From Paragordius varius (lineage: Eukaryota; Animalia; Nematomorpha), in contig OZ176057.1 in NCBI GenBank assembly GCA_964247055.1, positions 434,001 through 498,000 on the forward strand: a stretch of 64,000 nt of DNA, in the 5' to 3' direction. Positions 27,341-40,668 of the stretch are shown one piece after another. The translations under genes were made by a program, and so were the position numbers. The notes under the pieces are model-generated. The model was not told where the DNA came from, did no database searches, and saw only the letters and a program-made list of their open reading frames with translations. Each line of letters opens with the position of its first letter. The first letter of the stretch is position 1.

Positions 27341-30300
27341 TGGAGAAAATTTCAATTGAAGGGTACGATGACACTTATGATTTTGCCACCTACACATATG
27401 TCAAAAGGGTTATGATCTCCAAAAATGTTGACTAATGATGATAAAATCAAAATACTGTTTTTGGCTGGAGCTGGTCTTAAAACAATTAATAAGATCGAAA
27501 CAATGATATTTCCAGAAGATATTGATGATGCTTCTTAGTCCATTATTCATGGCATTGGTTTTAAACTTTTCTCACCCGCCAAGTCTGTCTTCGCTGCAAG
27601 GTTTGAGTTTGCTCGTTAGAGAAATGATGGAGAAACTTTCACGGAATTTTCGCAAAGATTAAAGAGTGTGGCGGAAAAGGCTGAATTTCAAACAGAGGTA
27701 AAAGAGAGAATTAGAGACAGTTTTGTGGCTGGATTAAACTTGCAATCATTGGAAGTGGATCTTTATTCACGTTTCCCTGATGCGAAGTGTGATGGGAAGG
27801 TGGTGTCATTAACCACCATTGTCGACATGGCCTTGGCACAGGAACTTGCAATGGACGATATTGCCTCACATGTGTCGTCAATCAGTTCCCTTAAAATTCA
27901 AAAGAATCGGTCGAATTATAATAGTAATTATAATAATAATGAATATAAAAAAGAGAATGGCAATAATAATAAATGGAAACGGAGATGTGGCAAAAATAGT
28001 AAATCTCATATGCCAAACCGCATTCGAAAAAATATGCCACAAATGTAAAAAAAATCATTTTCAGGCAATGTGTCCCCATAAAAAACGTATTATTGATTAT
28101 ATACATGCTAATTGTAATAAATGGGTCACCCAAGCGAACATTTACGCTACGATTAATATCCAAGTTGTCAGTATGGTTTTTGATACTGAAGCTGCTGCTT
28201 CTCTGATTAATAAAAATGTTTGTAAGAGGGTGGGAGCGCCGTTCCTAAAACGTGGCCCCAGATTAACTTCCTACGGAAACAACTCAATCAAACTGTTGGG
28301 AAAACAGTTGTCAATGTAGCAATGGGAAATATTAATAAGAAATTAGAATGTTTTGTGACGGAAGAACTATCTCCGATATTTGGGCTGCCTTGGATCAATG
28401 ATTGTGGTATGATCTTACCGGATAATGTGAAAGTTACACAAATAATATCTAATAATAATGATGATCATAATAATGTATTTAAGCGGTTTCCAAAACTCTT
28501 TAATGGGGAATTTAGTTGTTACAACGGCAATCTTGTTAAATTGTATGTTCGATCAGATGCGATACCAAAAGTCTGCGCTGCACGGCGAATTCCTTTTGGC
28601 ACTACAGAGTAAAATAGATTTGGAAGTGCAGAGACTGATGGACCTGGGGATATGGTCCCGTTGATCATACACAGCACCATGTAGAGTGGGGACTCCACAA
28701 TTAACGTCGTAAATTCTAATGGGGAAATTAGGGTGTGCGCATATTTCCGGATAACAATCAATTCTATGATGGAGAACATATCTGAGATTATATATATTTG
28801 ACATGATGGCGCCTAAATGTGCAGGATCCACATAGTTCTCGACCATTGATTTTAAGGACCCTTGCTTTCAAATTCCGATGGATGAGGAGAGCAAAAAATA
28901 TTTGGTAATTACTACCTTTAATGGGATATTTCTAATTAAATTGTCTACCATTTTAAAGGTTTCCCTCATGCTTTTTCAAAGAATAATGGATGAGGTACTT
29001 AAAGATTTAGTGCCACAATTTGTGGGTAATACAAGATAAACAGATAGAAACCTTAACAAGACCCTAGCAGGGTTGCAAAAATACGGTTTTACGTTTAGGA
29101 AAGATAAAATAAAACATTATCAGAACAATATTACATTCCTGAATTTTGAACTATCAAAAGGAATTCGTCTTGGACAAAATAAAATTGACGCCATTACGAA
29201 ATGTGCGACACCTACCAATAAAACTGAGTTAAGATCGTTTTTGGGATTGCTTAATTTCTATAAACGGTTTATTCGTGGCTTAAATGTCAAAGTTAGCAAT
29301 CTACAAGCACTCACAGGATCCAAAAAGAATGGAGATGGTCACAAGAACTTTGAAATGAATTCAAGCGAAAAAACTTAATATCAAGAGAATCTTTACTTGT
29401 CACTCAAAACATAAATAATAAAACAATAATACAAGTGGATGCGTCTACAAAAGGCTTTGGAGCTGTACTTCTGCAAATGGAGAATGAGAGAATGGTACCA
29501 ACGCGTTAAGAAAATGCCAGAAAGGAGAAAAAATTATTTTGTGGGGAATTTAAAACTAAGGCTTTGCTATATAAGAAAATGACAATATTTTTTGCATAAA
29601 AAAACAACCTAAGTTATGTAAACCTTGATTTTTGCAACAAAGGCCTCCGCGTATGATTTTGATATGAAATATATCGCGGGATCGAACGCCGATGTGTTTT
29701 CAAAACTTCCTGAAAAGAGTCAGACAATGATGAATATGTGGCCAAACAAATCCGACAAATCGCATTCGTGGATTTTTTAATTAATACCCAAATAAAAAAA
29801 GATTGTTTGGAGGATAAACTGTTTAAACGATTACGTATGGCATTAAAAATAATGATTGGTCTCCGGAATTATCCGCATTCAAAGCCGTGAGAAATGATCT
29901 CAAATAAGCTGATGGATTTTTTTATGTTAATGATCGGTTATTATCCCAACATCTGCGCCAAAGCGAATTTTGGCTTGGTTTCATGTTGGACATCTGGGGA
30001 TTGTTGCTATAAAAACACAGCGAGATCGTTGGTGTTTTGGCCCGGAATGGATAAGGTCAGTGTTGCCAGAGGAACAGGGCAAATTTGCGGGAATCCGGTA
30101 TATTGGAAGCTCAATTTAGAAATATGGGAAGACTTCATGTAAACATCGCGGGTCACTTGTGTGGTAAATATTGGTTGGTTCTAATTGACGCGTTCTCGAG
30201 ATGGGTGAGATACTTGGCAGTATTACATCTGATGTGATTTTGAAACAATTGGAGAAATGGTTTGCCTCTTATGGCCAAGGATATTATAGTATCTGATGAT

Positions 30301-30842
30301 GTCACTTATTTCAAATCGTTCAATTTTCGAGAAAAGTTGACAAACTGGAACATTAATCATGTGACGTCTGCTCCCTATCATCCAAGAAGTTGGTTTGGTG
30401 GAAAGAGTGATTTACACGTTAAAAAGATTTTCATTCTACGATGATGACTGGCATAAAGAGTCAAGAGGTTTTAAATGTTTTATTGGCCTATCGAAACTCA
30501 TGACATAATGAAATAAAGACGACTCCCGCATCGTTGTTTTTGAAGAGGAACATCTACACACTGTTGAATTGGTTGCAAGATAAAGAAGCGCCGAAAGAAA
30601 GTAGACATCCAATAATGTTAAGAGAGTTCACACACCCTCACAACCAATTTTCATAAAGAATGAAATAAGGAAAGGGGGGCAGCCGGGAACGGTGGAAGTA
30701 AGAACGGATCCATTGTCGTACGAAGTAACGAAGAAGGGAAACAGATGAGGAAACATGCCGATCAACTCAGGTCTGATGGTGAGCAGAGTGAGGCCCCCAG
30801 GCGTTATCAAGAACGAGTCCGCAAACCTTCTAAGCGTTTTTT

Positions 30843-30857
30843 AGAGGAGGAAGAAGA
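30843..30857 (+). promoter_or_regulatory. Polypurine tract AGAGGAGGAAGAAGA
   Basis: All-purine run directly before the 3' LTR. Confidence 0.85.
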
Positions 30858-31098
30858 TGATACGTAGTTGATATTACAACATTGCATCATTGTCTTTTTA
30901 TCTTACATCATATTATTATTATTATTTAATCGCGCCTGGCGTTTATGTTTGTGCGTCATTATTCTTGGAGTTCTCATATAAATATTCTTAGAATAAAAAA
31001 CATATTCTTATGACTCACATGCATTTTACTAAAAAGGATAATTATCATGAAATTTTAATAAATTGGCATTATTTGTAATTCGACGATATATTTTTAAC
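30858..31098 (+). repeat. 3' LTR
   Basis: Begins tgatacgtagttgatat and shares taatcgcg..ggcgtttatgtt.gtgcgtcatt and taattcgac.atatatttt with the 5' LTR, with many substitutions and indels. Confidence 0.85.
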
Positions 31099-31446
31099 TC
31101 GACGATATATCTTTAATAATAATAAAAATGGCAAGGTTGGAAATTAATATTTTTCGTTGTAATAAGTTTTGACAATACGAAAAGTTAACAAATGATACTC
31201 ATATTCGTGCCAAAAAACTGTGTCTAATTGATATTGACTGCAAATTTTATTTTTGTTTAAAGTCAAATAGATATGCTAAATAATAAAAAAAGTTCATTTT
31301 ATAATCTGAAAATGTCCTTAGGTCACAAATATACGATAAATATTAGGTAAGGTTTTTTTAAGTTGTTGTCAACAAATTCTTTAGCCATTTTTGCTGAATA
31401 ATTTTACATTAAATACTAAAATATTATTTCTATTTCACAACTCAAC

Positions 31447-34400
31447 ATGAGCCTTTCGGGTTTTAAGTCCTATGTGAATTCCTTAACGATAGAACCTGCA
31501 ATGTTTTTCTATACATTTGCTCTTTTTATCTATGTTCCCGCCTTAATTACACTGATTGAAAACAAAGCAACTCAATCGGTTTTTTGCGATTCAAATTTTG
31601 GCGGATCAGATTTTAATACTTCAACTTGTTTGACATCATTCAATAGCTCTCCCAAAATAAAATTAACGACCCCAAATTTATCTACCGTTCAACGGAATGA
31701 AATAAACTTTAAAACAAGGGAATATATATTTTTGTGTGGAGCACTTTTATGGATTCCACCCATTTTCACATCTCTGTTTCTAAGCATCTGGTCTGATACC
31801 GTGTCTCACAAAGGTTTTATACTACAATATCTACCTCACATAGGATCTGTAGTCGGTTCAATGATAAGCTTTTTTACAGCTTATTTCCCTCGAACACGAC
31901 TTATACATGTATTGCTTGGGCCTTTTGTTATGGGCTTAACAGGGACTTATATAATCATTGATTTGTTTGCTTTTACTTACCTAACTTCATCAACAATGAA
32001 AGTCGCAAAATTTCATCAAGCTAAATCACATTTCAGTACATATTCAATCCATATTTGCCACGGTATTGTTGGGCAAATATTTGGTTTGCTAATTTGTGGA
32101 TTAGCTTTAAAAACTGTTCGTCTAGCAGTTGTTTTCTTGATACCGCCTTTGGGATTTTTTGTAGCCGGATTATACACTTACTTCTATTTTCTTCTGAATA
32201 ATAAAGGAATGCCAAAATCAAAAAAGAAAAAATGGAATTTTAGGGCTTTCCTCAAGTATTTGTCCCCTTGGCATCCTGAATATGAAATAACTTCCAATGA
32301 TCGCGTCAGAAAAATTATAGCTATCGTTCTTTGGATTATCTTGATTCATGCAATTTATAACTTTGTTACGGTTGGTAAGTATATGGCAATTGCATATATA
32401 GCATTTAAATGATAAAAAATTATTATTTAAATATAGGCATATTGCTAGTAAATTGGATGGGAATAATAAAAGAACAAGTTATGGAGAAGAACCTAAAACA
32501 AATGGCGATTGGTTTGACTGAGTGTGGTTTTTCAGAGCTCAATATATATATAAACCAGATCCAAACAATCGAGACCGATTAAATAATTAAATTAAGTTTA
32601 ATGGTGAAAAAATCAAGTTTTACAAAGAGTCCAAAAGACATCATTATATTTTTAGATCCTTTTTTGTATAACTTTAGGTTAAAATCAGTGGGGTTAAGCC
32701 CTAAAATTCATTTTTATTGGCAAATAGTTTCAAGATATTTTACTAATGGAAATCCACAGAAAAATACGTTATAGATTCTTTAAGTTTTTTTAATTTAGTA
32801 TGATCTAAACCTATTCAAACCTTTTATAGGTACAATCATAACCTTGATATTATGGACTCGCCGAAAATTTCATTGGAGATTTTTAAATTTCGCTCTCTTA
32901 TTACTTTTATGGAAAGGTGTTGGTTTGATAGCTTTTATTGGATTACCTCTGATTTTGAAGTCGATTAAAAAATTCCAAATATCTCAATACACTTTAACCG
33001 CTATTTGTCTCGCTTCGCAGATACTTGGACTCGTAGCATTTGCATTGGCTAACAAGAGTTTCGTCTTGTACATAGGTATACAATTTGCATCATATTGAAC
33101 ATTGATTTTCCTTAACTTTTAAACTCAAATAGAAATTTAGAAATTAAAATTTTATATTTTTACTTTCATAGGGGCGATTTTAAGCATTCTGGATGTAATG
33201 ACCCCCTACTTACTCAAACACTTGATGGTTGCACATGTCAAAGAAACGAATATTGGTAGATTATAGTTCAATATATATGAAACTCCAATAATTTTTAAAA
33301 AAATAAAATAGCGAAGGGTAATTTATATGTTGTGTCATCCAACAATAAATACGAAAATTAGAAGTATTAAATAAAATGCGCCATACAGTTAATTATTATT
33401 TTCTTAAGTTGACCATACATAAAAAGGGAGTCATTTGAATTAGCAGTTATTATTATAATTGATGTGGAAATGTAAATTAAATAGGATATTTTTGATTGCA
33501 ATCTAAAAAATTAGTATTTATCTAAAAAAATGGTCGGTTATAAAAGCTAATTTATACTGACATTTACAAAAAGATCCTAATCTTTGACTAATTTTTAATG
33601 ATTCCATTCCTAATACATGAATTAAAAGTTATAAAAATGATCACAAAGGAGTGCCCGCGAAAATTTTTGTAAAGAGGCAAAATACTTAAAAATTATCTAA
33701 TTTGCAAAAATATTTTTACAATTAAATATGTAAAATTTATATCATTTTCTTGTACAAGTTCTTGTCTTGATAAAAAATATATTTTATACAGAGTTGGTTA
33801 TTTTTTGTCTCCTATCTTTTTTTATAAATGGACAGGGGCGTACCGAGGGGGGGGCAAGGGGGGTGCATCATGCCCCGGGCGCCGTTATTTAGGGTCGCCT
33901 AAATGATTTTTTAATAATTAAATTTTAATTATGCAAAAATAATAAGAAGTTTCAAATGAGATTTTTCAGCAATATGGGTAATAATCCCTATAATATATAC
34001 TCTATTATTCACACAATTATTACCATTGAATAAATTTAGTATCATATAAATATATATATTTAATAGATTTAAATATATATGACTGTGCTGTCTTATCTAT
34101 GGTGTTTAGGTTACAACGTTTGTATTTTTTTTTACTAAATTGTTTTATTGGCCTTTAAAAAAAGGGGGGGGGGGGGGGGGGCGCCATAAAAGTTTTATGC
34201 CCCGGGCGCCGCAAATGCTCGGTACGCCACTGTAAATGGATTTAAAGCACTATCGGCCCTTATTAAAGTAAAAACATCATAAAGCTTGGCAAAGAAATAA
34301 CTAGCACTATAAATAGGAAAATAAATACTGGTTAAATTGAGTCGCAAATTTTTTAACATTCCCTTAAAAAATAAAATATTTATCAATCCAATGTGAAAAT

Positions 34401-35167
34401 ATATATTTTGATAATACGGCTATCAAGGTCGTTTGTGATGGTCGCCCTTCAAGTCAATCCAAAGTAAAGTAGTTTATTAGTCCCTTGGTAGTTAATTTAA
34501 TTTTATTCGCCCTCAAAATATTGAAAGTTACCTCGGCGACTTATAATACATTTACGTTATCAAAATATATGACTTTATATAGAAATTTTTTGTAGATGTA
34601 ATACAATCTGTTTTATTATAAAAATATATACATATGATATAGGCAAAATTTATGGGCTTTTATGCATATCGATATGTATTTCATCCATATTATCATTGAT
34701 AACGTATTTATACTTACTGGAAAGCGTGGGCCCCAACATAACATTTGCCATTTCAATTATAATACTTGTGGTGGCTTATTTATTATTAAGGTAATTATTG
34801 GTATGATACTTTTTACAAAAAATATAGAAAAAATTTATATCGAACAAAGTAAAAATATAAAGACAAATATTTTTTCAAAAGGCAACCATATTTTTTTAAA
34901 CCTTAATTTTTCTATATACATAAATCCATACTTTGCCATTTCTAACAATGAGCTATTTATATAAATCAAGATTTGAGTATCATTGTCTTTTAGAAAAAAT
35001 ATTTGTCTTAATATTTTTACTTTTTGTCTGTATACTTTAAAATAAAATACTGATTTCAATTGTGTAGATTGACGTCGGCGAAAGAAAATTGTCTGCTTAA
35101 AATACCAATCCTAAAAACAACTCCACCTCCCGAAACATCCCAAACCTCAACAAATTCTACATTTTAA
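31447..35167 (+). CDS. MFS transporter of the SLC46 (PCFT/HCP1-like) family, 501 aa; exons 31447-32374, 32830-33075, 33172-33255, 34643-34790, 35068-35167
   Basis: N-terminal TIEPAMFFY, WSDTVSHK in the loop 2-3 position, LWTRRKFHW, GKIYGLL and about 11-12 hydrophobic segments. All junctions are GT-AG and in phase; total 1506 nt ending in TAA. Confidence 0.88.
33833..34232. mobile_element. hAT MITE, 400 bp, in SLC46 intron 3
   Basis: TIRs caggggcgtaccgag / ctcggtacgccactg. Perfect 8-bp TSD TAAATGGA. G-runs and gccccgggcgcc at both ends. Confidence 0.95.
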
Positions 35168-35318
35168 ATACACCATCTCTACAATATTAATTCCAAAATA
35201 TCTCCTGTACAACATAATTTAAACTATTTTCAAAATAAAAATCATTTATATCTATATGTAGGTAATTTCTGCATATCCAGCTATAAATTTATGGTTATAT
35301 ACGCCTTCAATTCCTTCA

Positions 35319-37074
35319 TTATTCAGCATTAATTTTAGCCGGTTTTTTAATTCGAGTTCTTTTGTGCTTCTTGGTGCCGGCTGTATCTCCAGCTGTAGTT
35401 TCTGTGGGAAGTGTGACATAATTTATGGTAAGCAGATTAGGATCTTTATAGGCATATATTTCTTTGTTAGGATCTTCTGTGGTATTATCTTCTGTGGTTG
35501 GGGCAACTGCTTCTGATTGTTTTCGGCGTTTCTTTTTAACTTTCTTAGGTTTATCTGCGCCGTCTGATATAAAGTGTGTTATGGTAAGATAATAATCTAT
35601 AACTTTTAAGGTAAATTATGTGTCAATTAGGTAAAAAATGTAGTATTTTATATTGTTTTTGTATAAAAAAATTATGGATATTAAATTAATGTCAAGCGTT
35701 TGTCAGTATATTCTGCAATTTGACTAATCTGTAAGATAACAAAAATCTTATCATTTAAACATTAACCTTTAAAAGTATGGGCCATTTTAATCCAATAAAA
35801 TTTAAATGGCATGATCAACTTTTAGATTATTAAAATCATATCCATAAAAATTGTAATAGGTATAATATAGTAAATTTGAAATATCAAGGGTATAAAAACC
35901 GTTTATGCATATTATAATCGCCAAGTGTGGTACTTTTAAATAAAATTTATTAATTTTTTGTAAAAGGTCTTTATTCTTTTATTATCTAACGAAAATGGCA
36001 GAAATTTTTAATTAAAACTAAGTCATTCTTTTATAGTTTTTCGTTCTATAGTCGCTGTGACACGCTGAATCTGAATATTAAATTAATCTGCGACATAATT
36101 TTAAATGCAGAAATTTTTATTCTTTAATTAAGTCACACAGATTCGATTCCATTTTTAAAACCCTTGTAATTTGACACCACTCTATTGTATATAAAATTCT
36201 ATAAAAAAATTTAATCATTTTGTTTGATGACCCCATAAAAATATGGAGGGATTTAAAATATAAAACTTAATTAAAAAAATCTACCTGAATTTGCTACGCT
36301 GGATGCCGTTTTATTTTTGGAGCTCTTCATTTTTCGACGTTTTTTCTTTTTTTTGGAACTACTTTCACCCCTTGTCCGCTATTTTATTTATTACAGTATG
36401 CACAATAATAATGTTGTTTGAATCAATTTATAATGGTCAACCGCCAATACAGTAGCGTATGGCTAAAAAAGAACTAATAATTTATTAAACAATTTTCTTC
36501 TATCTTCTTACAACATGAAATTTGCTAATATACCATTTACATTTCAAATTTACCCTTAAACAAATCAAATTCACCCTTGAACAAATCAAATTCACCATAA
36601 AATAAATTATGTGTTTTTTAAAATGAAAAATTACCTTTATTAATATTTAAAAAATATAAAATTTTGTTTAAAATTAATATAATGATGAAAAATAATAATA
36701 TATGTCGTAAAAATATATTTCATATTAATGATGAGTTATTTCCGGAAAACACATAATTTATTAAGGTTTTGAGTTCAAGGGTGAATTTGAATTGTAAATG
36801 GTATATATACAAATACGATTCATATAATACGCTACTGAATACCGATTGGCCGACCAACAATAACGTGTATACTGTATATAAAAGAAAAATATAGTGGAAG
36901 AAAAAAATTTCACAGCAAAAATACTTGAGATTTTTTTGAACCGCCGCCAGATGTGGTCTTTTTAGAGTCTGATGCATTATTTTGTGCACAACATTTACAG
37001 GCAATGAAAGATACAACACATACAGCTAAGATTGCTCCAGCAGTTACAAGCTTAATTATCATAGTATTCCTCAT
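35319..37074 (-). CDS. Orphan 162-aa protein with N-terminal TM/signal anchor, CKCC and Lys/Arg-rich tail; exons 37074-36925, 36378-36285, 35563-35319
   Basis: MRNTMIIKLVTAGAILAVCVVSFIACKCCAQ...SQ|RTRGESSSKKKKKRRKMK...NS|DGADKPKKVKKKRRKQ...KKHKRTRIKKPAKINAE*. Three exons, GC-richer than their flanks, join with GT-AG and phases 0 and 1 into 489 nt without stops. Confidence 0.75.
36533..36801. mobile_element. TA-flanked MITE family (TIR ccatttac..ttcaaattcaccc); other copies 39251-39455, 46018-46330, 50979-51263, 58383-58649, ~60849-61140, ~63272-63510
   Basis: Each copy has ta|ccattt..., variable tandem aattcaaattcaccc subrepeats, a shared aaataaattatgtg core, and ...gggtgaatttgaa..gtaaatgg|ta. 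The last two copies are degenerate. Confidence 0.88.
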
Positions 37075-40000
37075 TTTGAATTATGAAGATTCGTTGAGTA
37101 GAGAATTTTGTTGAGCCCATTTTTTATGTTTTAATTTGCATTCATACTCCATCACATTGTTTCAAGGTATCAACATTAATTTGGTTAACAAACAATTGTA
37201 AAAAAGTTATTTTAAACTGATTGTTGTTATATGCCACATAATTCATATAGATGATAAACCAAAAAGAACACAGCTATGTTTTAGTATTATGGACTTTCCG
37301 AAACTGTGAAATCCCGTTTAAAAGAGTTTTGTTAATTGTTAAAATGGTGCCTGTTTTATAGGAAAATGCGATTAAAGGTTATTTTGCAAAAATAATTTTT
37401 TTATTATGTTACTTTATTAATAAATTTTATTGCAAGTAAATTTTGCCCTTTTAAAGTGCCTTTGGTTATCGAACATCTTAAATTAGCACTTTAGCCAAAA
37501 TTATTTATCTAATTTTTAGGTGGATATAGAGTATAAAGAAATATGAATACATATCCATACTGTTTAGAATAGATTCATCATATGCCTGAATATTATTGTA
37601 AATAGGCAAAATCATCGAATAAAGGGATAACATTATAAGTATAGGCAGGGTTTGGCTTGCGGAAGGCTGGGCACTTTGGAAATTTTTTGATTTACTTGGT
37701 TATTTTAAAAATATAAAAATCAAAATAAATAAATAATTTATTTTACGCTGCTACTATCGAAATTTTTAGAAATTATTTTTAAATATCTGAGGTTTTGTGG
37801 CTGCTATAACAATTTTCGTTCTAAAGATTTTGTAAAGAGTCAAATATTTTGTTTAGGAGATAAATATTTCTCATTCATGTTTGGCTATGGCTTCGTGGTG
37901 CCAAAGCAAATTTAGTTAATTTTAAAAATGTTCACTCTAGGTTTATATTCGCTGTTTTCTTTCTTGTTATTCTTTTTTCTTTTTGTTTTTCCCTAATTCC
38001 AATGGAAAATGCTCATCGTGATCTGTTTCCCGAAAACTGGTAGATCCATTTAAATCCAGATATAATCATTAAAGAATGCCCCAACAATAGCTTCGTCGTT
38101 TTTTTGAATTAGGCCCCCATGGGCCCATCCCATAAAAAAGACGGGTTTTTTCGAAAACATAAGTCCACAAAAATCGTGCTAGACAATATTCTGGAAAACC
38201 TGTTTTACCATTCGATTTCAAATATGATTTTTTTACTTTTTTTCGATTGCGCCGAACATAGTCGCGCTTTTTTAATTTAGACATCTTTTTACCTGCTCCC
38301 CCTGTAAAATGATATTTTTTTCAAAACTATGTCCACCAAAATTTTTTTCAATCTATTTTTCGCCCAAGGTGTGAGACTGTAAAATTCAATAAGGATTCTA
38401 CGTATTCCCTGTTAAAAGGCAAAAATTTTGGTCTTGCGTTTTTTATATTGGCTGCTGGGTAAGGAGCCACACGCTAAAATCTGCGCCACTAATATTAATT
38501 GCGTTGTTTTGGACCAAATTTATAGTAAATTTTCAATACGAGTTCAGTTAAACACATATCTGGGGAATTTGTATATTATTTCCTTTAAAAAGGCACCACA
38601 TATGATTTACTTTTTATATCCCTTGATTCCAGCTTTGTGAGCACAATATTAAAATAAAACTCCTAACCATGATATAAAACAAAAATCTATAAATAATCCA
38701 ATAATAGTTGAATATTACCTTTAATAAGGGACAGTTTAAATATGGTAAATTTCGCGTAAGTAATATTTCAGCCTATGGAAAAACCTGTAAAAATTTAAGA
38801 CATTGTTTTTATTATATATGTTGATTATTTTTTTAACTTCTTTCTATTTATTGCAAATTATTAAGAAGTATACCATTAAACTCCAGAAAATAGAAAATAA
38901 TTTTGTCCAAAATTTATTTTTCCCTGATATGTTATGTCGAGCCGTACAACACAATAGATTTTATTTAAATTTTTTATATTTCATAGCTTTTTAGAAGTGT
39001 AAGCATGCCTGCCACACAATTTTTATCATTTAGAAGCAAACATTAGAGTTTCATATAAAATACATTCATTTCGGGTATATGAAATTTGTAATATGATAAG
39101 CACAGATTATTTAAATCAATATCAATTAGCAACGATCTAGTTGTGCCGCCTCGGTTAAACATATTTAAAATAAAAAAAACTTAAGCATAAAATGGCGAAT
39201 TGCCAGTATCCATCTTTTTTAAGCCACACCTTTTATTTAGTGCCAATATACCATTTACAATTCAAATTCACCTTCAAACAATTTAAATTCACCCTAAAAA
39301 TAAATTATGTGTTTTTCGAAAGAAGTTAAATTTATCTATATGGCATAGTTTATTTTTTTTTTAAAAAAAAATTAAAAATTTTTTATAATCTTAAAAAACT
39401 CTTGATTTATTTTAGGGTGAATAATTGATCGAGGGTGAATTTGAATAGTAAATGGTATATAATAAAAATAATTGCTTTTTGTTAAATTTATTTATAGTTT
39501 TTTTTGATGATGAGTATATCAATCATAGAATAGTAAATCAATAAAAAAAATATTATTATTGAGAGCGTCTACCTTATTCGAATTTTTTTTTGAATCTATA
39601 TAAATCTAAGCTTAACTTTAAAAATGAAAATTGGATGCCAAAAATTATTTGCTTCCAGGAATATACATTTATATAAAATATTTACGCATTCTCAGCCAGA
39701 TACTTTAAATTTTGAGATTGACTGAGATTTTCGATTAAAATTAATTTTACACGAATGACGTTAAACATATGAATTCAGGAGCTGCTGTACTTATCATCCG
39801 GTAAAAACGCTTAATAATTATAGTTTTCATTATTTATATTAAATGCGTCTCCTTTATAATGTAATCGGTGATTGATTCTTAAGTCACGTATTATTTCCTC
39901 CCATCGCAAGGTCCCGGCATCGATGAAACACAGGACGGTTTCTAATACAGTTTCCTTTTTTCAAAAGTTCTGTCATATGTCATATTGAAATGCGTCCTGA

Positions 40001-40668
40001 ATACCCATCTTAATAAATTGCGTAGTTTCTTCCGTTTCCCAATGATACAACACAAGTTGATAACAATTATGTTTTTTATAATTGTTATCACAAAGGATGT
40101 GTTAATGGACAAACTAACCGACCTGAGGGAATAATACGAGATTTACGTATCATTCTCCGAAAAAATTATAAGGAAGACGCATTTTTTGTAAATAAGTTTA
40201 CCGGAAAAATAGTAGCCTAAGTTGAAATATGGTCTCAAACTTTTCAAATAAACCACTGTGTAAAAGCTTTATATGGCATAAACTTACAAAAATTCATCCC
40301 AAAAGTCATATACATTACCCAGGGCAATATCTGGCATATAAGTGAGACCAGTATAATTTTATAAAATATTTGTGGTAAAAATTTCTGATTCCTTTTAGCC
40401 AGAAATGTAATTTAACAAGGCCCAAGAAAGAATTTTACCCACATTAAGCAACGCTTTTCTTTGAAGCTTTTTATAATCCTTTAGATTTTAGTCAATAACA
40501 GTTAGAAACCTAATATAATAAAAAATATATACACAAAGTTTAATTGTCATCAAATTTAACTAATAAGTAACAGATTTACACATAAATATATTTTTTGTAC
40601 AAAAAAAAGCCATGTCCCAGGCACTTGGAATGTTCAAAGATATATGTCGAATAAGCATTTGAAAGCAA

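Larger units (their letters stand above)
27088..31098 (+). mobile_element. Degenerate Ty3/Gypsy LTR retrotransposon (gag-PR-RT-RH-IN)
   Basis: Gag ARFEF..ETFTEFSQRLKSVAEKAEF..IRDSFVAG and a CCHC-like CHKCKKNHFQAMC. Protease FDTEAAASLI. RT ARRIPF, FSTIDFKD, LFQRIM and TELRSFLGLLNFY, with the YxDD region missing. RNaseH VDASTKGFGAVL. Integrase HVGHLG, VFWPGMDK, IDAFSRW, VSDD, TSAPYHPRS and RKHADQLR. Many stops and frameshifts; no clear TSD. Confidence 0.95.

Noticed and set aside
27668-30810. Functional or domesticated gag/pol genes
   Set aside because: Numerous stops and frameshifts, DTG>DTE in the protease and loss of YxDD in the RT.
34662-34964. 100-aa plus-strand ORF
   Set aside because: Wrong frame. 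The true SLC46 exon 34643-34790 is in another frame and joins its neighbours in phase.
39760-40500. Possible piggyBac-like transposase relic (similarly 19180-19390)
   Set aside because: Only vague motif resemblance, with no TIR or TSD, so it cannot be supported without a search.
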